Part shown: positions 38,528 to 46,422 of the stretch, one piece after another | Layout of the letters: each line of letters starts with the position of its first letter | How positions within the stretch are numbered: position 1 is the stretch's first letter | NCBI GenBank assembly: GCA_050728375.1 | Contig: JBOHJE010000185.1 | Span: 3,347-67,346 of the forward strand | Direction: 5' to 3' | Source of the DNA: Methyloceanibacter sp. | GTDB lineage: Bacteria > Pseudomonadota > Alphaproteobacteria > Rhizobiales > Methyloligellaceae | Length of the DNA stretch: 64,000 nt | The notes under the pieces: generated by a model | Databases searched by the model: none | The model's input: the letters and a program-made list of their open reading frames with translations, nothing else | What the model was told of the DNA's origin: nothing | Position numbers and translations under genes: made by a program

Positions 38528-38614
38528 AGCGGACGTGGTGGAACTGGTAGACACACAGGACTTAAAATCCTGAGGCCCAAAGGCCGTGAGGGTTCAAATC
38601 CCTCCGTCCGCACC
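38528..38614 (+). tRNA. tRNA-Leu (anticodon UAA)
   Basis: GCGGACGTGGTGGAACTGGTAGACACACAGGACTTAAAATCCTGAGGCCCAAAGGCCGTGAGGGTTCAAATCCCTCCGTCCGCACCA. The 7-bp acceptor stem pairs (GCGGACG/CGTCCGC). There is a long variable arm, a GGTTCAAATCC T-loop and an encoded CCA. Confidence 0.95.
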
Positions 38615-38910
38615 AGCACTTAGCAGCTTCGACGTTTGGGCGCCCTTCGTGCCAGACCCCTCACAGACCCAGGGCTGGCCTGTCACGGGCCGCAGGCCGC
38701 GTGTTGCGAGCAGCTGGAAACTTGAGCGCGTTAAGTTTGGGGCCGTCGACTTCCCCCCTTGGGGCCCCCGGCAGGGGGGCGGAGGCAGGGCCCCGCCACA
38801 ACACGCGAGCTAGTCAATCCGGGAAAGCACTGTAAAGCACTGTAATGGGATTTGCAGCCCTAGCTGGGGAGCGCCCCGGCCGCAGCCCCGGCGTCGGCCA
38901 TTCTCAAGGC

Positions 38911-38977
38911 TTACGGGGACCCGCGTTAGGGGCCCTCAAGGGCTGGGATAGATAGGGGCCCGGCGTATGGGGGACCC
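38911..38977 (+). repeat. four direct TAnGGGGnCCC units (iteron-like array)
   Basis: ttacggggaccc (38911), gttaggggccct (38925), gataggggcccg (38951), gtatgggggaccc (38965). They form two pairs with ~14-nt spacing, with the pairs ~40 nt apart. Confidence 0.6.
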
Positions 38978-39416
38978 ACAACACCCGGCCCCTACCTCCC
39001 CTACCTACCTAAGGCGCCGGAACGACCGTATGGTAGCCGCACCAGTGCCGTGCAGCGAACGCGGTCAACTCAACTTAGGTTCCACCGAAAGTAGAGAGCC
39101 TGGTAAGGGCTACCAGGCTCTCCAATACGGGGGTGATCTGTTGCAGCAGCATCGGCTGTACGCTTGCTGGGCGCCAGGTTGGGGGGGAACCCGCCGACGC
39201 TCGCTGTTGGGCTAAAACACCGTGTACTGAGGGATGTTCCACGCCCGCGTGCGAGGCCTTCAGGGCCGCAGGGAAGCAGGTCGGCAGTGCCGCAGGTCCG
39301 AGTGGGCAGCGCTTGTAGGGGTCACCCGCCCCTAACTTCAGGGCATGGGTTTCCTATATGTATGCGGCCGAGGTGGAGAAAGAGCAGATGCTTCGGAAGT
39401 TCTCATAGCCGCACTC

Positions 39417-39783
39417 ATGGCGGCTGTAATGCTCCCGGTCGGGGTAACACTATCAACGCTATCCATGCTGCCGACAGAGGCCGTAGCCAAAAAGGGTGGC
39501 GGCAAGGGCCATCATGGCAAGGGTGGCGGCAAGGGCCATCATGGCAAAGGCCACCACGGCAAGAAGGGTCACCACGCCCGCAGGGGCCACGGGAAGGGTC
39601 ACCAAGCCCGCAGGGGCCACCACGGCAAGCATTACGGCCATCACCGGTACGGCCACCGGCCACCACCGGTACGGCCATCACCGGTATGGTCACCGTCCCC
39701 ATGGGTATGGTCGCGGATATGCCTATTGGGGCAATCCCTGCTATCTCCGGACGCCGATTGGTTGGGTTTGGATTTGCGGCTAA
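39417..39783 (+). pseudogene. small secreted His/Gly-rich repeat protein, out of frame near 39658-39662
   Basis: MAAVMLPVGVTLSTLSMLPTEAVA / KKGGGKGHHGKGGGKGHHGKGHHGKKGHHARRGHGKGHQARRGHHGKHYGHHRYGH in the frame of ORF 39345. The C-terminus HHRYGHHRYGHRPHGYGRGYAYWGNPCYLRTPIGWVWICG-stop is in the frame of ORF 39496..39783. It is built from 27-nt and ~30-nt tandem repeats. Confidence 0.45.
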
Positions 39784-39801
39784 GGGCGTCGGGCTGGATC
39801 G

Positions 39802-39915
39802 CTAGGCCGTGGCGTAGAGACACGCGCCGATGGCGATGCAGATGGCTGACAGCAGCAGGAAGTCGATCAGCACTGCGCTACTCCGCTGCTGCTGGCGCAT
39901 GGCTTTGAGAGCCAT
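39802..39915 (-). CDS. possible 37-aa single-pass membrane peptide
   Basis: Own translation: MALKAMRQQQRSSAVLIDFLLLSAICIAIGACLYATA. GGAG lies 6 nt upstream of the ATG. It is convergent with the His-rich gene and ends 19 nt from it. It is too short for the ORF track. Confidence 0.3.
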   Translation of the reverse strand: MALKAMRQQQRSSAVLIDFLLLSAICIAIGACLYATA

Positions 39916-40223
39916 ACCTGGCTCCGCACGCTGAGGCTGGATCGGCGGGCCCCGGCTTGATCCTGACCCTGACGTTCAGGCGACTGTGGAAGGGGTTAAA
40001 GACCTCAGCAGGGAAGACCAACTCCAACTTGGGGAGGCGCTCATAGACCTCTACCGAACTTTTCCTGACTTTCCGGGTATGGGCGCCGGCGCGCCCTCCG
40101 ATTAGGTTCGGAGCGTAGCAGAAGGGGCGCCAACGCGGGGCCCTCTGTGGCCGTCGCTTTCTGCTTCTGCTAGGTTGTGGCCAGACGGAGGGGCAACTGA
40201 AACCGAAAGTCACTCTCGAAGAA

Positions 40224-40910
40224 TTGCGCACGTATGCCGCCTCTGGTCACTCGATCAAAGAGACGGCAGCGGAGTTTGGCCTCGCCTACGCTACCGTGTT
40301 CGTTCGCGCCAAGCGTGCGGGGATCAAGTTCAAACGGCCACGCTCAACGCTCGCAAAGGTTAGCGACCCCTCCAGGGAAGAGATGCTGGGCCTCTACCGC
40401 AACGGGGCGACGCTGCAACAAATCGGCGACCGTTTCGGCGTCACGCGAGAGCGCGTCCGACAGATATTGAAGAGGCTCTACGGTATAAATGCACTACATG
40501 GCGGCGCTCGTCTAATCGCCCGGCCTAAGGCAATCTCTAACGCCGCTAGGAAGGACGCCAAGTACCTTGCCAAATACGGCTGCTCGTATGCGCAGGTCAA
40601 AGAGCTTCTCGAAATGGGGCGAACGTCAGGCGTGAAACGGGACCGAACTCCGATTGGAGCATTTCGGGTGCAGCGGCGTAACGCCCGGCGCGACGGTTGT
40701 GAGTGGAAGCTTACACTCTGGGAATGGTGGACCATTTGGCAGAGGTCCGGTCACTGGAACGAGCGCGGACGCGGCAAGGGATACTGGCTAGCGCGCCGCG
40801 ACAAGAGCGGGCCCTTCAGCGTTGACAACGTGTTCACCGCCAGCGGGGCGGATAGCTGGTCGGAGATACCCGAGGGGTTTCACAGGAAGTCCAAGGGCAC
40901 GCCGGGATGA
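40224..40910 (+). CDS. island-borne double-HTH protein (phage-type regulator-like)
   Basis: HTH 1: SIKETAAEFGLAYATVFVRAKRAGI. HTH 2 resembles sigma-70 region 4: ATLQQIGDRFGVTRERVRQILKRL. The C-terminal segment RRNARRDGCEWKLTLWEWWTIWQRSGHWNERGRGKGYWLARRDKSGPFSVDNV resembles a domain seen in phage and island proteins. Confidence 0.6.
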   Translation: MRTYAASGHSIKETAAEFGLAYATVFVRAKRAGIKFKRPRSTLAKVSDPSREEMLGLYRNGATLQQIGDRFGVTRERVRQILKRLYGINALHGGARLIARPKAISNAARKDAKYLAKYGCSYAQVKELLEMGRTSGVKRDRTPIGAFRVQRRNARRDGCEWKLTLWEWWTIWQRSGHWNERGRGKGYWLARRDKSGPFSVDNVFTASGADSWSEIPEGFHRKSKGTPG

Positions 40911-41460
40911 CTGCTCCGCGGCTGCGCTGGCTGCCACGTCGTTGCCGTCGATCATCTCGTGTAGGCCTCATCCCACTGCATTAGGCCCGCTTCGTTAATT
41001 AGGGCGTTGGCCTTCGCCAAGAGCGCTAGGGGTACCCTCGCGCGTCGAAGCTCGGCGGCGATTCGGTGTGGCTAAGGGCCGTGATTCCGGGCCCAGCGCT
41101 TGGACAAGAAGGTGACAGAGGCCGGTATGGAGTGGGGTAAGGTGTTGTTAACCATACGTGAAACCCTTCTGGGGCCATTACGGATAATTAGCCCTTTTGG
41201 CATGGAAATACGGCCCGTTGCCGTTCACCACATTTTGCCCTAAATTGTCGGGCAGCGTGGGGGCAATGAGACGGGAATCCGGGCCAGAACCGGTGGGGGA
41301 CTATTAAGCTAAACTACTGATTTTTCCCACCATTTTGCCTGGTTTCATGGGGACGCTCTAGGCGCGTCAGCCTTAATGGCGGCACGGTTAGGGGTAAATG
41401 TGGGGGGACCTTCCAAAATAGGGAGAGTCCACCCCCACAGGCTTCGGACCTGGAGGGAAA

Positions 41461-42612
41461 ATGGGCCGACGCGTATTTCGTCGGGTATGGCGCACCGCCG
41501 CTTCGCTGGTGCCGCTTCCCTTGCTTGGCCTGACCTGTGCCGCCTTTATTCCCGGCAATCCCATCGCTTTCGAAGTCGAGCTTTACCTTTCAAGCGGTGG
41601 CTCGGCCCATAGCGTGCTTCGAACCGCCGACGCCTCCACATCCCATCACAGCCTGCCGCGCGCGGCCGCGAAGCTTTTCAGCGCCGGGGGCAAGGGCCCC
41701 CGTGCCGATCACTACTTCGCAGCCCAGGCCGTCACCGATGCGGGAAAGCGGCTGATCACAGCAAGCCTCACCAGCGGACCGAATTTGACGCCTGCCTTCG
41801 CCCACAGCGCCGTCAGCCGCGACGGCAAGGCCGATAGACTCAAGCCGACCACCACGGACGTGGCGCTCAAAGGACCGATCGGCGGACGCGCCGATAATCC
41901 CATGCTGTTCAATGCCAGCTACGGTGCGGCCTTCAGCCCCGACTTCAATGTCGATGCCTTCCGCCCGGATCCGAAGGACATCGCCTATCAGGTCTCTCCC
42001 GACGCTCTGAACTTCCGCTATCAAGGCGAGAGCCAAGCGGAATTCCAGGAGCGCGAGCGCCGCTGTCTGGCAACCGCCATTTATTTCGAGGCGCGTGGCG
42101 AGCCGCTGCGTGGGCAGATCGCCGTCGGCCAGGTCATCCTAAATCGGGTGAGAAGCCCGATGTTCCCGGAGACGATCTGCGGCGTTGTCTATCAGGGCCA
42201 GATGCAGAAGGGCTGTCAGTTCTCCTTCACTTGCGACGGCCACACCGACAACCCGCGCGACAAGACGCAGTGGGCGCTTTCCCAGGAACTCGCCAAGGAG
42301 ATCATGTCGGGCAAGCATTGGTTGCCCGACGTCGGATACTCGACCTACTATCATGCCAATTATGTGAGCCCGGGCTGGGCCCGCGGAATGAGCAAGATCG
42401 ACAAGATCGGCCGCCACATCTTCTATAAGAAGCGCAACGAGGAGCCCTATGTGGTGGAAGCCTCGGCCGATCCGGAAAACGGCTCAGATGCCGAGGACGA
42501 TTCGTTGCTGCTGACCCCGACGCTGTCGGTTGTGTCGGCTGTCAGCGCCGTCGCCGGCTCTAGCGCGCCAGCCACTCCAGCGATGAGTCTAGGCTACGCG
42601 GGGAGTGAGTAA
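41461..42612 (+). CDS. cell wall hydrolase (SleB / Hydrolase_2 domain) with long N-terminal region
   Basis: RCLATAIYFEARGEPLRGQIAVGQVILNRVRSPMFPETICGVVYQ...CQFSFTCDG...YYHANYVSPGWA...IGRHIFY. Confidence 0.88.
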   Translation: MGRRVFRRVWRTAASLVPLPLLGLTCAAFIPGNPIAFEVELYLSSGGSAHSVLRTADASTSHHSLPRAAAKLFSAGGKGPRADHYFAAQAVTDAGKRLITASLTSGPNLTPAFAHSAVSRDGKADRLKPTTTDVALKGPIGGRADNPMLFNASYGAAFSPDFNVDAFRPDPKDIAYQVSPDALNFRYQGESQAEFQERERRCLATAIYFEARGEPLRGQIAVGQVILNRVRSPMFPETICGVVYQGQMQKGCQFSFTCDGHTDNPRDKTQWALSQELAKEIMSGKHWLPDVGYSTYYHANYVSPGWARGMSKIDKIGRHIFYKKRNEEPYVVEASADPENGSDAEDDSLLLTPTLSVVSAVSAVAGSSAPATPAMSLGYAGSE

Positions 42613-43429
42613 GCGCTCCGACCGAGATCAGGTCGACTCCGGTCGCGGCAATCTCTCCCACATTCTCTAACGTCACGCCGCCGGAAGCCTCGGTCACGAC
42701 GCGCCCCTTCACCAGAGCCACTGCCTTTTTGAGCATCTCCGCATTCATATTGTCGAGCAGCACGGCATCGATGTGGAAGCGCAAGGCCTCCTCGAGCTGG
42801 TCGAGCGTGTCCACCTCGACCTCGATCTTGACCAGATGTCCCACCCGCTGGCGCAGCCGGTCGAGCGCGGGTTCGAGTCCTCCGGCGGCGGCGATGTGAT
42901 TGTCCTTCACCAGCACCGCATCGTAGAGGCCGAACCGGTGATTGACGCCGCCTCCGCAGCGCACCGCGTATTTCTCTAGCGCGCGCAAGCCCGGCGTCGT
43001 CTTTCGCGTGCAGGCGATGCGCGCTTTCGTTCCGGCAATGGCGGCGACATAAGCCGCGGTCAGCGTCGCGATGCCGCCCAGGCGGGAGAAGAAGTTGAGC
43101 GCGGTCCGCTCGCCGGTGAGGATCGCCCGCGTCGCTCCGGCCACCCGTGCGGCGGTCGCGCCCATGTCGGTCCTGGACCCGTCCTGCATGAGCCGGGTGA
43201 AGCTCGCGCCGGGGTCGAGCGCCGCGAAGGCGGCTTGGGCCAGATCGAGGCCCGCGATGACGCCCGGCTGCCGTACCACGATGGCTGCCTCGCCCTTTGC
43301 ATCGCGGGAAACGATAGCGTCGGTCGTGATATCGCCGCCGGTGCCGAGATCCTCGGTGAGACTCGCGGCGACCGCCTGCTCGACGAGGCGCTTTGGAAGG
43401 GAAGGCTGCAAGTGGACGCGTTGCGTCAT
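42560..43429 (-). CDS. nadC: nicotinate-nucleotide diphosphorylase (carboxylating)
   Basis: LTEDLGTGGDITTDAIV...TGERTALNF...TRKTTPGLR...KYAVRCGGGVNHRFGLYDAVLVKDNH...VEVEVD. Confidence 0.93.
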   Translation of the reverse strand: MTQRVHLQPSLPKRLVEQAVAASLTEDLGTGGDITTDAIVSRDAKGEAAIVVRQPGVIAGLDLAQAAFAALDPGASFTRLMQDGSRTDMGATAARVAGATRAILTGERTALNFFSRLGGIATLTAAYVAAIAGTKARIACTRKTTPGLRALEKYAVRCGGGVNHRFGLYDAVLVKDNHIAAAGGLEPALDRLRQRVGHLVKIEVEVDTLDQLEEALRFHIDAVLLDNMNAEMLKKAVALVKGRVVTEASGGVTLENVGEIAATGVDLISVGALTHSPRSLDSSLEWLAR

Positions 43430-45069
43430 GCACGGAGAGCGGCGAACCGCCGCCGGGGTCCGGTATCGCTCGCTTCGGCTGCCTCAGTTGCGATGGCCTC
43501 AGCTTGAGTCAGGGTGAGGACGCTCCGGCGCGCAAGGCTCGGATCGACGGCAGGATAGTCGCTGCGGAAATGGACGCCGCGGCTTTCTGTGCGTAGCAGC
43601 GCGGCGGCCGTTACCAGCTTGGCGGTCGTGAGCATGTTCGTCAGTTGCCGGGAGCCGGTCGCCTCTTCGGCGATCGCCTTCATGACGACAAAAGCCTTGG
43701 TCAGCGAGGTAGCATCGCGCACGACGCCGACTTCCGTCGACATGGTGTTGCGGAGAAGCTGCTCGAGCCGCGCGTCATGCGTGGGGACTGGGGCAGGTCC
43801 CTCGGAAACCTTCGGCCTGATCGCATCGACGCGCGCCGGCAATAGCGTCTCCGCGATATCGCTGGCGACTCGCGCGCCGAACACGGCCGCTTCGAGCAGC
43901 GAGTTGGACGCGAGGCGGTTGGCTCCATGAGCGCCCGTCGAGGCCACCTCGCCGCAGGCCCATAGTCCGTCGATGGAAGTTCTGCCGCGCGCGTCGGCGA
44001 GAATGCCGCCCATGTGATAGTGCGCCGCAGGCGCAATCGGGATCGGCTCGCGAGTGGGATCGATGGCGGCGACCCTGCATGAGGCGAACACCGTGGGGAA
44101 GCTCTTGGCGAGGTCGGGCCCAACGGGTTGGCAATCGAGAAATGCCCCTCGTCCGGCCATGACCTCGCGATAAACCGCGCGCGCGACCACGTCGCGTGGT
44201 GCCAGCTCCGCGTCGGCGTGGACCGCGCGCATGAAACGCTCGCCCTTCGCGTTGATGAGCAAGGCTCCTTCGCCGCGCAACGCCTCGGTCGCCAGCGGCG
44301 CCGGGTCGCGGCCGATATTGATGGCAGTGGGGTGGAACTGCACGAACTCGGCGTCGGCGGTGACGGCGCCGGCGCGCACGGCAAGGGCCACGCCTTCGCC
44401 GCGTGCTTCACGCGGATTCGTGGTGATGGCGTAGATCTGCCCGGCGCCGCCCGTGGCCAGAACCAAGGCGCTAGCGGCAAGGATCAGCCGCCGCGACGAC
44501 GGGCTCCCGTCGGCCGGTGTCAGCTCTATACCCACGACGTGGCCGTCCCGCACCAGCAACTCGCTCGCGGCGAAGCCTTCGATCACCTTGATCGAGAGCG
44601 TGTGCCGCGCCGTCTCGGTCATCGCAAGCATGATGGCGCGCCCCGCCGTGTCACCCTTGACGTGAAGGATGCGGCGGCTGCCATGCGCGGCCTCACGCCC
44701 AAGGCTCAAATGACCTTCGAGGTCCTTGTCGAAGGGCACGCCGTAGCGGAGCAGGTCCTCGATCCGCGCCCGTGCCTCGCGCGCCATAAGCAGGGCAATC
44801 TTCTCATCGACGATGCCCGCGCCGGCGAGGATCGTGTCCGCGGCATGGGCCTCGGGGCTGTCGCCCTCGGCGAGCGCCGCCGCGACTCCCGCCTGCGCCC
44901 ATAGGCTCGATGCGCCTTCGCCCAGGCGTGCCGGCGAGACGACCGTGACCGGCAACGGCGCGAGCTTGAGGGCGGTGAACAGGCCGGCAAAGCCGGCGCC
45001 CACCACGACCACGCCGCCGTCCGGGCTGAACGCTCGCGATCGAGGCTGAAGCTTGCTGGTCTTGCTCAC
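43426..45069 (-). CDS. nadB: L-aspartate oxidase
   Basis: VVVVGAGFAGLFTALKLA...SLWAQAGVAAAL...HPTAI...RGEGA...LASNSLLE. Confidence 0.95.
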   Translation of the reverse strand: MSKTSKLQPRSRAFSPDGGVVVVGAGFAGLFTALKLAPLPVTVVSPARLGEGASSLWAQAGVAAALAEGDSPEAHAADTILAGAGIVDEKIALLMAREARARIEDLLRYGVPFDKDLEGHLSLGREAAHGSRRILHVKGDTAGRAIMLAMTETARHTLSIKVIEGFAASELLVRDGHVVGIELTPADGSPSSRRLILAASALVLATGGAGQIYAITTNPREARGEGVALAVRAGAVTADAEFVQFHPTAINIGRDPAPLATEALRGEGALLINAKGERFMRAVHADAELAPRDVVARAVYREVMAGRGAFLDCQPVGPDLAKSFPTVFASCRVAAIDPTREPIPIAPAAHYHMGGILADARGRTSIDGLWACGEVASTGAHGANRLASNSLLEAAVFGARVASDIAETLLPARVDAIRPKVSEGPAPVPTHDARLEQLLRNTMSTEVGVVRDATSLTKAFVVMKAIAEEATGSRQLTNMLTTAKLVTAAALLRTESRGVHFRSDYPAVDPSLARRSVLTLTQAEAIATEAAEASDTGPRRRFAALRA

Positions 45070-45099
45070 TTGTCGCGTCGGGGCCGAAGGCCTGCCTCA

Positions 45100-46164
45100 T
45101 CAATGATTGAGATTGATCATGCGCTCGACGGAGGCGCGCGCCCGCTCGGCAACGGCCGGATCGATGGTCACCTCCTCCTTGAGGAAGACGAGGCTATCCA
45201 GGATCTTCGGCAGCGTGATGCGCTTCATGTGCGGGCACAGATTGCAGGGGCGCACGAACTGGGTGTTCGGCGCCTCGACCGCCACGTTGTCGCTCATCGA
45301 GCATTCGGTGACGAGCAGCACCTTGGACGGCTGGTTATCGGTCACCCATTTGATCATGCCGCTGGTCGAGCCGGTGAAATCGGCTTCGTCGATCACGTCG
45401 GGCGGACACTCGGGATGCGCGATGATCTTCATACCGGGATCGTTCTCTCGATAGGCGCGGAGCTCTTCCGCCGTGAAACGTTCATGCACCTCGCAATGGC
45501 CTTTCCAGGCGATGATCTCGACCTGCGTCTGGGTCTGCACCCATTTGGCGAGATACTCGTCGGGGATGAGGATCACCCGCTTCGCACCGAGCGACTCGAC
45601 GACGCGCACGGCATTCGACGACGTGCAGCAGATGTCCGACTCGGCCTTAACCTCGGCCGAGGTGTTCACATAGGTGACCACCGGCACGCCCGGATAGGCC
45701 TCGCGCAGCGCCCGCACATCGGCGCCGGTGATGGACGAGGCGAGCGAGCAGCCGGCCCGGGAATCCGGAATCAGCACCGTCTTGTCGGGGTTGAGAAGCT
45801 TCGCGGTCTCGGCCATGAAGTGGACGCCACCTTGGACGATCACCTCGGCGTCGGCCTTCGCGGCCTCGCGGGCGAGCTGGAGGGAGTCGCCGATCACGTC
45901 GGCGACGCAGTGGAAGATCTCGGGCGTCATGTAGTTGTGGGCGAGCACCACCGCGTTTCGGGCCCGCTTGAGGTCGTTGATGGCCTTGATATAGGGCGCG
46001 AAGCCCGGCCATTCGATCGGCGGGATCACCCGGGAGACGCGCTCGTAGAGATGCGCGGTCTCGCGCGCCACTTCCGGCGTGTAGGCGAGGTCGGCCAAAA
46101 AGGCCGGCACAGGTGCCAACCCTTTCGATCTCAGAAGCGATGCGTCGCTATGAACGGTTGCCAT
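45100..46164 (-). CDS. nadA: quinolinate synthase
   Basis: [32 protein letters not shown]...[11 protein letters not shown]...CSLA...CTSSNAV...CPHM. The start is ATG 46164 or GTG 46197. Confidence 0.93.
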   Translation of the reverse strand: MATVHSDASLLRSKGLAPVPAFLADLAYTPEVARETAHLYERVSRVIPPIEWPGFAPYIKAINDLKRARNAVVLAHNYMTPEIFHCVADVIGDSLQLAREAAKADAEVIVQGGVHFMAETAKLLNPDKTVLIPDSRAGCSLASSITGADVRALREAYPGVPVVTYVNTSAEVKAESDICCTSSNAVRVVESLGAKRVILIPDEYLAKWVQTQTQVEIIAWKGHCEVHERFTAEELRAYRENDPGMKIIAHPECPPDVIDEADFTGSTSGMIKWVTDNQPSKVLLVTECSMSDNVAVEAPNTQFVRPCNLCPHMKRITLPKILDSLVFLKEEVTIDPAVAERARASVERMINLNH

Positions 46165-46188
46165 CTGATCGGGCCTCTCATAACCAGT

Positions 46189-46274
46189 AATACTCACAGT
46201 GAGTATATATTGGTCGTAAAAATGTCCGGCACAAGGCCGGCGCTGCTTCCATCCCTATCCTCACTATGAGTATA
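46189..46274. promoter_or_regulatory. two palindromic boxes upstream of nadA (candidate NadQ operators)
   Basis: Box 1 is atactcac-a-gtgagtat at 46190-46206, a perfect 8+1+8 palindrome. Box 2 is tatcctcac-t-atgagtata at 46256-46274, with 7/9 arm symmetry and the same consensus TATACTCAC.GTGAGTATA. Both lie in the nadA / L,D-transpeptidase divergent spacer. Confidence 0.5.
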
Positions 46275-46422
46275 GGCGATCGGGCGCCCGGTTCAAAGGG
46301 CGGCGCTCCACATTCCGAGGGCGACCCCGCATGGAGCCACGGCAGGCAGCCTAACCAACGGGCAATTCGGGGTGGTCGTGAACGCCATCTGCGACTAATC
46401 TACGCTCCACGAGGGGTTGTGG

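Larger units (their letters stand above)
38615..41460. mobile_element. putative degraded tRNA-Leu-associated genomic island / phage remnant
   Basis: It starts at the tRNA 3' end. About 800 nt have no credible ORF, there are repeat arrays, only 2-3 short genes of phage/accessory type, and it is visibly AT-richer toward 40.9-41.4 kb. No integrase and no tRNA-derived direct repeat were found, so the boundaries are tentative. Confidence 0.35.

Noticed and set aside
39164-39908. The 213-aa and 187-aa ORFs (39164..39805, 39345..39908) as real long proteins.
   Set aside because: They are alternative-frame readings of the same GC-rich tandem repeats (Pro/Arg/Gly strings). They run through the His-rich gene's natural stop region. 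Only the signal-peptide plus His/Gly reading joined to the YAYWGNPC...WICG end looks biological.
38615-41460. A direct repeat of the tRNA-Leu 3' end (att site) or an integrase gene to delimit the island.
   Set aside because: I found no copy of ggttcaaatccctccgtccgcacca, or a substantial part of it, downstream. No frame shows tyrosine- or serine-recombinase motifs. Island boundaries therefore remain a guess.
42560-42612. The 53-nt convergent overlap of the SleB-like gene and nadC as evidence of a mis-called or fused gene.
   Set aside because: Both C-termini read naturally. NadC ends shortly after the conserved ISVGALTHS motif, and the hydrolase tail is low-complexity Ser/Ala. The overlap is most simply a slightly extended, unconstrained tail of the hydrolase ORF.
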